41,487 bases of DNA from the IMG/VR virus record IMGVR_UViG_3300033555_000011, positions 1 to 41,487 of that record; one strand, 5' to 3'. This DNA comes from a virus (lineage: Duplodnaviria > Caudoviricetes). The notes beneath the pieces are model-generated. The model saw only the letters and a list, made by a program, of their open reading frames with translations, searched no databases and had not been told where the DNA came from. Position numbers and translations under genes: made by a program. Below are positions 34,073-41,487 of the stretch, piece by piece; positions within the stretch are counted from its first letter, which is position 1, and each line of letters begins with the position of its first letter.

Positions 34073-35029
34073 TTACGCGCCGTCGTAATAAAAGCGCATA
34101 GGCTCGTCGCCTGCGTTTGGGAGGTATTGCTGGCTTTGTTTTTCGTACCACAGCGCAATATTGCCTTCCCATCCTTCGCCGTTTCGCTGTTTGTCCACGA
34201 TCAGGGCTGTGTCCGGCTCTTTCTCGTCGTACTTCATCCCGTCGTACATTGCGCGCTCTTTTTTCTTATTGCGCCACACACCAATCACGTTGTCCACCTG
34301 GTCGGTGATTGCGCCGGTTCCTTTAAAGTCGTACTTGCCGGGCTTCTGGTCTTCGTTAGGTGGCTTTTTGACGTGGTGAATGATGTGAATGTGAATCTGC
34401 TCGTCGCGGGCAATACTGCAAAGTTCGTCGATAAACGCTTTCTGTCCGTTGTAGTCATCCTCACCGGCCACGCATTTCATCAAGTTGTCAATAAAAAAGT
34501 GAGTAATCCCCAATTCCTTCGCGCAGTATCTGGCAACGCCGCAAACCTTTTTCCATTCAACCGTGCCTTGTTGGTCGTAAATCCACATGCGTGTGTCGGT
34601 CCAATCCCGGAATTCCTTGTAAAGCTGAACTGTTGCCTCTTTAATCGCTTCGTCTTGCAAGCAAACGTCAGTCAGGTTGTATCCAGTGAACTGCCGCCCC
34701 ATTCGCTCCAGTGTCTTTGTTGGCTTCATCTCAAAGCTACAAACACAGACCTTCTCGCCTTGGGCGCACAGTGAAAGCGCGGCCTGTCCAGTCACCAGAC
34801 TCTTGCCTGAACCATTAGCTCCACCCCACACCGTCACCTCACCACTTCGGAATTGAATCAAATCACGGGTTTTCACCCACGGCATAAAAACTTGCTTTTC
34901 GACAACCCCCGCGTCCAGGCGGTCCAGCATTGCTTGAACATAGAACGATGCAGGGCGAACTTTTTGCTTGTGGTCGGTAACCGCCTCATAGACGGAGAAG
35001 TCGATCATGTCGTCGGAAATCATTGGCAT
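34073..35029 (-). CDS. SF4 (DnaB/T7 gp4-like) replicative helicase
   Basis: Walker A GANGSGKS, SFEM, FFIDNL, HIIHH, KGTGAITDQVDNV and KQRNG motifs. Confidence 0.88.
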   Translation of the reverse strand: MPMISDDMIDFSVYEAVTDHKQKVRPASFYVQAMLDRLDAGVVEKQVFMPWVKTRDLIQFRSGEVTVWGGANGSGKSLVTGQAALSLCAQGEKVCVCSFEMKPTKTLERMGRQFTGYNLTDVCLQDEAIKEATVQLYKEFRDWTDTRMWIYDQQGTVEWKKVCGVARYCAKELGITHFFIDNLMKCVAGEDDYNGQKAFIDELCSIARDEQIHIHIIHHVKKPPNEDQKPGKYDFKGTGAITDQVDNVIGVWRNKKKERAMYDGMKYDEKEPDTALIVDKQRNGEGWEGNIALWYEKQSQQYLPNAGDEPMRFYYDGA

Positions 35030-35388
35030 AGAAATTCCCGGTAGTTATTGATCCAATATTTCAAACGGCTTGCGTCTTTTTGGTCAATGAAGTTGACAGG
35101 CAAATGAACGCCACAAGGCAACGATACCGCTATGCATTTAGCGCCAGCTGATACCGCTGCATCTAGGGCTCTTTGCGCAAGATCAACCTTATCGCCAAAA
35201 AGGTACATCGCAAACTGCAACCCAACCATTGGCCGAAAATCCATCAACCCAGGGTCAACGCCATTCAAAATTAAAACCTTGTCCTCGGAATCAATAAAAC
35301 CCTTTGGGCGGTCGCCGACAACTAAGCTTATTGGGTTCTCAGGTCGAACTCTTTCGATGCGCATAGCGCGAAGTGTTGCTAGGCTCAT
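35020..35388 (-). CDS. hypothetical protein in replication module
   Basis: Coupled between initiator and helicase. Confidence 0.6.
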   Translation of the reverse strand: MSLATLRAMRIERVRPENPISLVVGDRPKGFIDSEDKVLILNGVDPGLMDFRPMVGLQFAMYLFGDKVDLAQRALDAAVSAGAKCIAVSLPCGVHLPVNFIDQKDASRLKYWINNYREFLCQ

Positions 35389-36053
35389 TAGACGTACCTC
35401 TGACGTTCAGTAGGTGCCGTCGTAGTGCCAGTGTCTTCCCATCGTCGTTGATTAAGGTAGGTGGCTGGATGTGGGATAAATTGGCCGCCGTCCTTTGTCC
35501 ACTCTGGCTCGTTCTTTCGCTTTGCTATGTCTTCTAGGATGGTGACTACCTCACTTGGCTTCACCTTCGCCGCCTTCCATGCTTTGATGGCTGCTGGTCT
35601 TCCTACTTTTCTTGGATATGCTTGATAGACATCCTCAAAGCCGTCAGGCGCTTTGGTATTAGTTCTTTCTAAGTTAGTCCTTGTATTAGCGCCCGACGGA
35701 CCGGCGTACGGCTTACCGGGCCCCGGTTTACCGTCCTTCGGTAGATCGGCTTCTGGTTCAATAGCGCCTTCAGAAACAACCCATTGCGAACTCCAATGTC
35801 CCGCTTGGTTCTGAGATTTATCTAGCCTCATGTAGCCAGCAGAGACCAACTCCTTCAAAACAGAGCGCATCTGCTCACGGCCACAATCAAACTCACGGCT
35901 TAAAACTTCACTGTTGGTAGACCAATGGTCGGGATATGACAGTAAGCGCACCAGAAGACCCAAAGCACGCATTGAAAGCGCCTTGTTCTGGCAAACGTCG
36001 TTCGAGATGATGGTAAAGTTTTCGGTCTTCCTTGGACCTCTGATAATCGTCAT
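35388..36053 (-). CDS. phage replication initiator
   Basis: NFTIISN......LS..A.GLL..LLS.PD.W wHTH; C-terminal FE.....YPRKV....A..AW...FIPHPATYLNQRRWED. Confidence 0.85.
   Translation of the reverse strand: MTIIRGPRKTENFTIISNDVCQNKALSMRALGLLVRLLSYPDHWSTNSEVLSREFDCGREQMRSVLKELVSAGYMRLDKSQNQAGHWSSQWVVSEGAIEPEADLPKDGKPGPGKPYAGPSGANTRTNLERTNTKAPDGFEDVYQAYPRKVGRPAAIKAWKAAKVKPSEVVTILEDIAKRKNEPEWTKDGGQFIPHPATYLNQRRWEDTGTTTAPTERQRYV
35656..35760. other. candidate replication origin (15-bp iterons plus AT-rich tract)
   Basis: ACCG/ATCG recurs at 35700, 35715, 35730 and 35745; adjacent AT-rich TTAG repeats at 35659-35690, inside the initiator linker. Confidence 0.5.
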
Positions 36054-36061
36054 GCTTTTCC

Positions 36062-36183
36062 CAATAAAAAAGCCAGTTAAACCCCGTCACCCTTGCGGAT
36101 GTTGACGGACCTGCAACGACAGGCACGAGGCTTAACTGGCTTTCGTTGATATAAATAACGCCGTCAAGCGTTGGTTTATTCTA
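36062..36183 (-). promoter_or_regulatory. promoter and structured attenuator-like leader of replication operon
   Basis: TAGAAT -10 (36183-36178), small hairpin with loop UUGACG, and a 12-bp stem AAAGCCAGUUAA/UUAACUGGCUUU with U-tract that encloses CCGUCAA. Confidence 0.6.
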
Positions 36184-36208
36184 CCCCAAGGGGCCGAACA
36201 TCGTGATG

Positions 36209-37330
36209 CTATTCGATGCTCAATTGCTCTTGTTTGCGCGCCTCTGGTGCAAAGAGTTGGCCTTGTGCGTAGGCTTGCTCGATGCGTTTGCAGGTGTAAT
36301 CAAACCAGTGCGGGTCTTTTTCAATCCCGATATATTCGCGCCCAAGTGCCAAACAAGCCAATGCCGTCGCGCCAGAGCCGTTGAAAGCATCCAACACCAC
36401 CGCGCCGGGTTTTGTGCTGGCGGTCAGCATGTGTGCCAGTAACGCCTGTGGCTTCTCGCATGGGTGCTTCCCACCATAAGCGGCAACCGGCTCAAAACTC
36501 CAAATATCCGACCATTGATCGCCAGCGGTGATGGTGAACGGACGGCGCAAATCTTCATATTCACGCTTTAAATCTTCATATTCACGCTTTAAATCTTCAT
36601 ATTCACGCTTTAAATCTTCATATTCACGCTTCAGGTATTCACCGGCAAACTGCTCCCGCAACCAGCTATAATTTTCGGCGGTTGGCAGCACCCACTGCAC
36701 CTTCTCAAACCAATGGCCCGCCATACCAGTAACAGTGCGGCTCCCGCTTTTTTGTTGGTAGGCTTCCGCAACCCGCCTGGTTGTCCATCCAGCGCGGTCA
36801 CGTTCACTCGCCAGATAAGCGCGCAACGGCTCAAACAAAAACCCGCGCAATTCATCGCACTTTTTTATATAACTAGCTTCCCCGCGTGCAAAGTTGTCGC
36901 TATTAAATTGCTCGGCAAAAATGACACGCTCAGTTTCAAAAAGGAACCCGCGCAGAGTTTCTTTTTCTGACTTCTGATGCCACCCAATCGTATGACGGCC
37001 CCGCGCACCTTTGCGCCAAACAATATGGCACAACACGTTTAAGCGTTTCCAAATAACAGATTCCACCCTGCCAGCCATTTGAGGTGAAGCAAACAAATAC
37101 AAACTTGCATTTGCCTTCATAGCGCCAGCAAGCAAACCGACCACCCCATCCATCCACGCCAAAAATTCAACGTCGTTTTTCCACTGGTTATCCCACTCGT
37201 CGCCTTTCACACCAAAATAAGGCGGATCAGTGATGACGCAATCAACCTTATCCAGCGTAGGCAAAATATCCATGCAGTCGCCTTCGTAAAGCGTGCAATC
37301 ACCAATGACAACTTTCTGCTTGTAAGTCAT
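36209..37330 (-). CDS. amino (N6A/N4C) DNA methyltransferase, beta class
   Basis: ITDPPY near the N-terminus; HPCEKP and VLDAFNGSG near the C-terminus; no cognate endonuclease recognised. Confidence 0.92.
   Translation of the reverse strand: MTYKQKVVIGDCTLYEGDCMDILPTLDKVDCVITDPPYFGVKGDEWDNQWKNDVEFLAWMDGVVGLLAGAMKANASLYLFASPQMAGRVESVIWKRLNVLCHIVWRKGARGRHTIGWHQKSEKETLRGFLFETERVIFAEQFNSDNFARGEASYIKKCDELRGFLFEPLRAYLASERDRAGWTTRRVAEAYQQKSGSRTVTGMAGHWFEKVQWVLPTAENYSWLREQFAGEYLKREYEDLKREYEDLKREYEDLKREYEDLRRPFTITAGDQWSDIWSFEPVAAYGGKHPCEKPQALLAHMLTASTKPGAVVLDAFNGSGATALACLALGREYIGIEKDPHWFDYTCKRIEQAYAQGQLFAPEARKQEQLSIE
36549..36631. repeat. 21-bp tandem repeat, about 4 exact copies
   Basis: AAATCTTCATATTCACGCTTT starts at 36549, 36570, 36591 and 36612 (last copy 20/21); encodes KREYEDL. 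Confidence 0.97.
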
Positions 37331-37533
37331 ACACCCCGCCCATTCTCAGACCACAACCCAGCACCAGGCCGGGCGCAAATCATCACGTTGCCCAGGTACG
37401 GGCTGCCGCTGTTTGCATTGCCATAGGTCAGGCTGGGCGCTGCATTTTTTGGTTTTGCTTCCGCGTACTTGCGCTGTTGCGATGCTTGATATTCTTTGAT
37501 CTGTGCTGTGTTTTTGTGGCTCGGCATGTTCAT
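37327..37533 (-). CDS. hypothetical protein
   Basis: Likely start 37533, ATGA-coupled; stop is ATGA-coupled to the MTase. Confidence 0.45.
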   Translation of the reverse strand: MNMPSHKNTAQIKEYQASQQRKYAEAKPKNAAPSLTYGNANSGSPYLGNVMICARPGAGLWSENGRGV

Positions 37534-37925
37534 TCTTTCTGTTGTGGGCGGGCTGCGATCATTGCATCCCACATTGGGATAGCCAACTGCCTAAAAAAAC
37601 CTTTTTTGTGAGCAGCGTTAAGCATTTCTACAGTCGGCTCAATCGGCACCAGTGCATAGCCTTTGGGAATGGTTGGTTGTACTGGCTGCGTGATGGCTTC
37701 TAGGGCGCTATCAATAGTAGGCCGAAGGCCTTCCAATGCGTCTAAAAGATCATCACCATCTGCAGGGTCGTACATCGCATCTGCAACCGCTTGCAGTGCA
37801 GCCCGTATCAAATAAATCCCAGTGGCTGGTTGTACTGGCTGCACAATGTTCGCTTCAAGTTCGCTGATCCGATTGTCGCGGCGTATTAGTTCCTGTTCCA
37901 GCTCTGCAATTCTGAGTAAGCTCAT
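37530..37925 (-). CDS. hypothetical modular accessory protein
   Basis: ATG 37925 with GGAG RBS; two QPVQP linkers and P.GY.LVP.EPT.EM..A...W.AMIAA.P module. Confidence 0.65.
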   Translation of the reverse strand: MSLLRIAELEQELIRRDNRISELEANIVQPVQPATGIYLIRAALQAVADAMYDPADGDDLLDALEGLRPTIDSALEAITQPVQPTIPKGYALVPIEPTVEMLNAAHKKGFFRQLAIPMWDAMIAARPQQKE

Positions 37926-38074
37926 TTTGCTTCTCCAAAGGTTTTGCGATGCTCTCGCAGGATGATCTTGACAAGCCATGCGCGGCCATGTTGTTGCAAG
38001 AGTTGACGGAACTTGTCCCATACGTCCAGTGGCAGGCGGATGGAACTTGTGCGGGTTTTAATTGGTTTGTTCAT
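37922..38074 (-). CDS. Arc/MetJ-like ribbon-helix-helix regulator (50 aa), not in ORF track
   Basis: MNKPIKTRTSSIRLPLDVWDKFRQLLQQHGRAWLVKIILREHRKTFGEAK*; first gene of the leftward arm. Confidence 0.6.
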   Translation of the reverse strand: MNKPIKTRTSSIRLPLDVWDKFRQLLQQHGRAWLVKIILREHRKTFGEAK

Positions 38075-38155
38075 GCCGCAATCTTAGCCTAAAAATAAAT
38101 TTGGCGCAACACGCCATGCAACACACACGACGCCAATCTTGTGCTACATTAGGTC
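38075..38155. promoter_or_regulatory. divergent promoters and candidate operators
   Basis: Leftward TTGCGC (38109-38104)-17 nt-TAAGAT (38086-38081); rightward extended -10 TGcTACATT (38142-38150); GCAACAC twice and a TTGGCG/CGCCAA inverted pair. Confidence 0.6.
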
Positions 38156-38238
38156 ATCGCAAAAGAAACAGGCACCTAGGGCAAGCGATCCGGCCCTAAT
38201 GTGAACGACGCAGTAGCAAGGTGAGTTTTGTAGCGATG
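38155..38238 (+). ncRNA. 5' leader stem-loop of rightward transcript
   Basis: CATCGC/GCGATG, CAAAA/TTTTG, CACCT/AGGTG and TAGGGC/GCCCTA nested pairings start at the predicted TSS. Confidence 0.5.
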
Positions 38239-38240
38239 TG

Positions 38241-38367
38241 AAAGCAATCAGTGAAGCGGCGATGGGGATGGACCCATGAAGCTGTAGTGGTAGCGGGTAA
38301 GCGTTTTTACTGCTGAACGAAGCTACCAGAGCCTGTGTCGAGTCAGGCCCGCTTCACTGATTGCTTT
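38241..38367 (+). ncRNA. tRNA-like structured RNA 2
   Basis: Perfect 19-bp inverted repeat (38241-38259/38349-38367) enclosing ATGGG/CCCAT, TGGTAGC/GCTACCA and GCCTG-TGTCGAGT-CAGGC arms. Confidence 0.7.
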
Positions 38368-38389
38368 TTAACCAACCAACAGGACACAT

Positions 38390-38683
38390 ATGAACGAATT
38401 AAACGAGAGCAGATCGGCCGCAGTGAACAAGGCTATGACTTGCGTGCAAATCCTCGCCGACCTTGATGCGGCTGGCCCGGTACGTATGCCAATTACCGAA
38501 GACGAATTTAATGATGATGACGTTTACATCTACGACGCGGCTACCAAAGAACTAATCACTTCGTGGCCTAGCTCGTCGCACGAAGTTCAGTACGCAAGGC
38601 GCTTCGGTTTTCGCATCGATGCAGGCCAGTCGTGGGCCAAAGGTATGGCAGCTAAACACCTCGGACTTTGGAGAAAATCATGA
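38390..38683 (+). CDS. hypothetical protein, first gene of rightward arm
   Basis: AGGA RBS, ATG 38390. Confidence 0.6.
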   Translation: MNELNESRSAAVNKAMTCVQILADLDAAGPVRMPITEDEFNDDDVYIYDAATKELITSWPSSSHEVQYARRFGFRIDAGQSWAKGMAAKHLGLWRKS

Positions 38684-39084
38684 TCTCAATAGATAAAACT
38701 TACGAGCGCCAAGACGGCGCAGGAGCGATGGTTAAGTTCACTGATGGCCCCCATGGGTGCCCTGTTGGCGTGATTACTTGCGGCATATTTGTTGCCTATG
38801 GTCATAACATGCTGCCGGTTGGCATGGATGTGCATCCTGCCGTCTATTGCGCCATGCGCCTGGTTGAAGTCAGCCAATACGCTGATTTCAAGATTGATGA
38901 TCCGGTCATGGTGCGGAGTTCTAAAGGCCAAGATTGGAATTGTCGTTATTTTGCTGGAGTGGGTTTAGACGGTAATGCCAAAGCCTTTGTAGGCGGCGCC
39001 AACTCGTGGACCAAGAGTGGTGGCGACCAAGGTCATACCTGGAACCAATGCCGCCGCCCAACTGCCGAGGAACTGGCATCATGA
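38680..39084 (+). CDS. hypothetical protein
   Basis: ATGA-coupled at 38680; IDDPVMVR.....W..RYFAG...G..F..G..SW pattern. Confidence 0.6.
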   Translation: MISIDKTYERQDGAGAMVKFTDGPHGCPVGVITCGIFVAYGHNMLPVGMDVHPAVYCAMRLVEVSQYADFKIDDPVMVRSSKGQDWNCRYFAGVGLDGNAKAFVGGANSWTKSGGDQGHTWNQCRRPTAEELAS

Positions 39085-39413
39085 GCGCACACGCTGTTAA
39101 ACCACACCTGACAGATGATCAGGTATTTGAACTAAACGAAAAGCATGGATGGTTTAGTTACGGAGACTCTCAAAGCGATGTAAGCAAAGCATTTGCACAA
39201 GATGCCATTGAAATGCACAAGCGAATGCAAGACGCTGCACCTGAATTGCTAGCCGCTTGCATTCAGGCTTACGGCAATTTGTCTAATGTTCACAACAATT
39301 GGCCGGGACGGGGCACGATGGCTGGTCAACGCCTGCTCTGCGACCTGCTCGACGCAATTTCCGAAGGAACAGGCATTGACCGTGAAACGATTCAGAATGG
39401 AGGAACATCATGA
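39081..39413 (+). CDS. hypothetical protein
   Basis: ATGA-coupled at 39081; AAPELLAAC motif. Confidence 0.6.
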   Translation: MSAHAVKPHLTDDQVFELNEKHGWFSYGDSQSDVSKAFAQDAIEMHKRMQDAAPELLAACIQAYGNLSNVHNNWPGRGTMAGQRLLCDLLDAISEGTGIDRETIQNGGTS

Positions 39414-39604
39414 CCCCCTACAACACCGGAAAAGTCAAAATGTACGGAAACACCATCCGCCCCACGCCTATGTCAGGCGACGCGATAAACATTCAGTCCG
39501 CCCTGCTCGCCAAGCCATCCACACGCCCGCCGCTTTGGCTTTGGGCTGTTGTGTACTCAGCTTGTGCGGTGGTGATTGTTTTTGCTGTGCTGGGGGTGTT
39601 ATGA
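39410..39604 (+). CDS. small protein with C-terminal TM helix
   Basis: PYNTGKV....IQSALL followed by a hydrophobic tail. Confidence 0.55.
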   Translation: MTPYNTGKVKMYGNTIRPTPMSGDAINIQSALLAKPSTRPPLWLWAVVYSACAVVIVFAVLGVL

Positions 39605-39885
39605 GCCAGAACAACAGCCTGCCGCCATTCTCAAAGCTGCTTAATGCCGCAATAACCGACTATTGGGAGCATGGCTTTAATGAAGGAGAAACCAGTGATG
39701 GCTATGGAGATAAAGGGAACCTTCTGCACGCTCAATTGATTGATGCAATCCAGGACTACGCCCGTGCAGCCATTGCAGCGCAGGCAGACGAGCCAGCATT
39801 GAGCATGTCTATGTTTGCCAACAAAGCGGACTACGAAGCAGCGCAAGCAGTGGGGCAGAGTGAGGTGTTAAATGAAAAGAAATGA
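39601..39885 (+). CDS. hypothetical modular accessory protein
   Basis: ATGA-coupled at 39601; YARAAIAAQA and LSMSMFANKADY modules. Confidence 0.55.
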   Translation: MSQNNSLPPFSKLLNAAITDYWEHGFNEGETSDGYGDKGNLLHAQLIDAIQDYARAAIAAQADEPALSMSMFANKADYEAAQAVGQSEVLNEKK

Positions 39886-40366
39886 AGCCATTGAATTGGC
39901 GGTTTTGTTTCTGTTTTATGAAAAAGAAACGGGTCATTTAATTTGGAATAAGCGGCCAGGGACAAGAGATATTACAGGGCAACGGGCTGGAACTAAAAAG
40001 GTAGATGGGTACAGATATGTACGCTTTAAAGATTACCTAATTCTTGAGCATCGTCTGTGTTGGTTAATTGCTACGGGTGAGTTGCCATATCAAATTGACC
40101 ACATAAACCAAGTTCGAAGCGATAACCGATTTTGCAATTTGAGGTCTGCAAGTCATTCTCAAAATTGCATGAATAAAACACGCCAATCAAATAACACAAC
40201 AGGCTTTAAAGGCGTTTCGTTGCACAAGCAATCAAATAAGTTTACTGCAAGAATTTCTTTAAATGGGATGCGTCATTCGCTTGGGCATTTCAAAACAGCA
40301 GAAGAAGCGCATCAGGCATATATCAAAGCATCAGGAGAGCTTCATGGCGAATTTGCAAGACACTAA
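39872..40366 (+). CDS. HNH endonuclease with AP2-like domain
   Basis: EHRL.W...G..P.QIDHINQVRSDNRFCNLR, NNTTGFKGV, LG.F.T.EEA..AY......HGEFA; AT-rich; GAGG RBS. Confidence 0.92.
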   Translation: MKRNEAIELAVLFLFYEKETGHLIWNKRPGTRDITGQRAGTKKVDGYRYVRFKDYLILEHRLCWLIATGELPYQIDHINQVRSDNRFCNLRSASHSQNCMNKTRQSNNTTGFKGVSLHKQSNKFTARISLNGMRHSLGHFKTAEEAHQAYIKASGELHGEFARH

Positions 40367-40679
40367 TCAACCGGTGGCGTGGCGGACTCGGTACAAAAGC
40401 GAGCCGGGAATGATTGGACATTACCCGTGGACGTACACCGAGCGGGCGAAAGCCGTTGCCTGCATGAGCGATTCATACGAGTTTGAACCGCTATACACCC
40501 ACCCAGCACCAGTGCGCCAGCCGCTGACGGAGGACGACATTGCAGCAATAGGCCACCGCATGGCAAGCACGTACACCCACCGCTCGGACCCTACTTCGCA
40601 CGCTTACGGTTTTGTGCGCCACACGCTGATTGCTTTTGCCCGCGCAATTGAATCTGCCCACGAAATCACTGCCCCGTAA
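40344..40679 (+). CDS. hypothetical modular accessory protein
   Basis: PVAW...EPLYTHPAP.RQPLT...FARAIE.AH.I motifs; start uncertain. Confidence 0.6.
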   Translation: MANLQDTNQPVAWRTRYKSEPGMIGHYPWTYTERAKAVACMSDSYEFEPLYTHPAPVRQPLTEDDIAAIGHRMASTYTHRSDPTSHAYGFVRHTLIAFARAIESAHEITAP

Positions 40680-40732
40680 GCATCAAGTAAGCAGCAGCTA
40701 ATACAGTAGCGGCATCAACAACAGAGGACTAT

Positions 40733-40909
40733 ATGAAAACCGAAACACGCAACGGTGGCGCACGCATTGACACTGAAAATTCAAACCCTGCTGAGTTTGA
40801 CGCCAGCATCACAGTGCTTCGTTATTCTGAGTTGGGCGTTCTCATCATCGCCGTTTTGATGCTGATCATGGCTGGCTTGTCTGGTCTTATCTATGTGGGG
40901 GTAATTTGA
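40733..40909 (+). CDS. 58-aa protein with C-terminal TM helix
   Basis: GAGGA RBS; MKTETRNGG...LGVLIIAVLMLIMAGLSGLIYVGVI*. Confidence 0.55.
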   Translation: MKTETRNGGARIDTENSNPAEFDASITVLRYSELGVLIIAVLMLIMAGLSGLIYVGVI

Positions 40910-41028
40910 TGCGTCACTTTATCTTTTTCTACCAGTGGGAATATAACTACCAACGGCGTTGCGGCGTGGGCCGGATCCACTCGGCTTACAAGTCCGTCCG
41001 CGCTTATTTCGCACCATTACCGTTCTGA
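40909..41028 (+). CDS. 39-aa hypothetical protein
   Basis: TGATG coupling; fills the gap up to erf. Confidence 0.4.
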   Translation: MRHFIFFYQWEYNYQRRCGVGRIHSAYKSVRAYFAPLPF

Positions 41029-41035
41029 GGAAATC

Positions 41036-41487
41036 ATGAAAAACATTGCCACCGCTTTTGTCGCGGCTAAACGAGCTTTTGGGCCAGCGCTCAAAACCAA
41101 TTTGAACCCACACCTTAAAAACAAATACGCAGGGCTAGGCGAATGCCTTGACGCCGTTGACGAGGCGCTGCTTGCAAACGGTATCGCACTGATGCAGGAA
41201 ACGTTTGAGGACGCTTCTGGCATCACGATCGAAACCGTGTTTCTGCACGAGTCCGGTGAGTCACTGCGATGCGGAAAGTTGCGTGTCCCGGCTGTCAAAC
41301 AGGATGCCCAAGGCTACGGTTCTGCATTGACCTACGCACGCCGCTACTCGCTGATGACTGCTTGCGGCATTGCGCCCGAGGACGACGATGGCAACGCTGC
41401 CAACAAACAGCAGACGCCGCCGAAGCAATCTACGGACGTGGACGTAAGCCCCAAGGCCCGCGCTGCACGAATGACCGCAGGTGTTGC
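41036..41487 (+). CDS. erf: ERF-family single-strand annealing protein (N-terminal part)
   Basis: GAGGA RBS; NPH.KNKYA.L, ET.F.H.SGE, and QGYGSALTYARRYSL...GIAPEDDDGNAA signature. Confidence 0.93.
   Translation, partial: MKNIATAFVAAKRAFGPALKTNLNPHLKNKYAGLGECLDAVDEALLANGIALMQETFEDASGITIETVFLHESGESLRCGKLRVPAVKQDAQGYGSALTYARRYSLMTACGIAPEDDDGNAANKQQTPPKQSTDVDVSPKARAARMTAGV

Noticed and set aside
34037-34774. 245-aa plus-strand ORF and similar antisense ORFs over portal, capsid and terminase
   Set aside because: Shadow frames of well-supported minus-strand genes, with no RBS or motifs.
36549-36631. CRISPR-like repeat array
   Set aside because: The repeats are contiguous with no spacers and are in-frame coding; no cas genes were recognised.
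38170-38225. Pistol or hammerhead ribozyme (UAGGGC/GCCCUAA)
   Set aside because: Only 10 nt separate the two strings, leaving no room for pistol P1/P2; there is no CUGANGA/GAAA hammerhead core.
1-41487. Alternative genetic code or programmed capsid frameshift
   Set aside because: Core genes are full length in the standard code, and the capsid gene ends cleanly before a terminator.

Overview
The window looks like a complete, circularly permuted 41.5-kb tailed phage genome: an ERF-family recombinase ORF starting at 41036 runs off the right end and continues in frame at position 1 to a stop at 131-133. A divergent control region (about 38075-38390) drives two arms. The rightward arm (38390 to 3369, across the junction) carries accessory genes, HNH-AP2, ERF, Gp157, HU, DUF551 and dUTPase. 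The long leftward arm carries a small Arc-like RHH regulator, a DNA methyltransferase, a replication initiator, an SF4 helicase, NinG, an orphan Panacea antitoxin and an HNH-AP2, then the podovirus-type virion module (TerS, TerL, portal, scaffold, capsid, adaptor, gp10-like nozzle, three ejection proteins, two tailspike/fibres, a GTA-like head-spike pair), and finally lysis genes with nested Rz/Rz1. I recognised no integrase, CI repressor or Q antiterminator. The most unusual signals are non-coding: two tRNA-shaped but non-canonical RNAs, one in each major leader (28024-28125 minus, inside a ~360-nt structured region; 38241-38367 plus), and a switch-like leader before the replication gene. All family calls come from motif recognition by eye, without database searches. 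Rz/Rz1 spanins imply a Gram-negative host.
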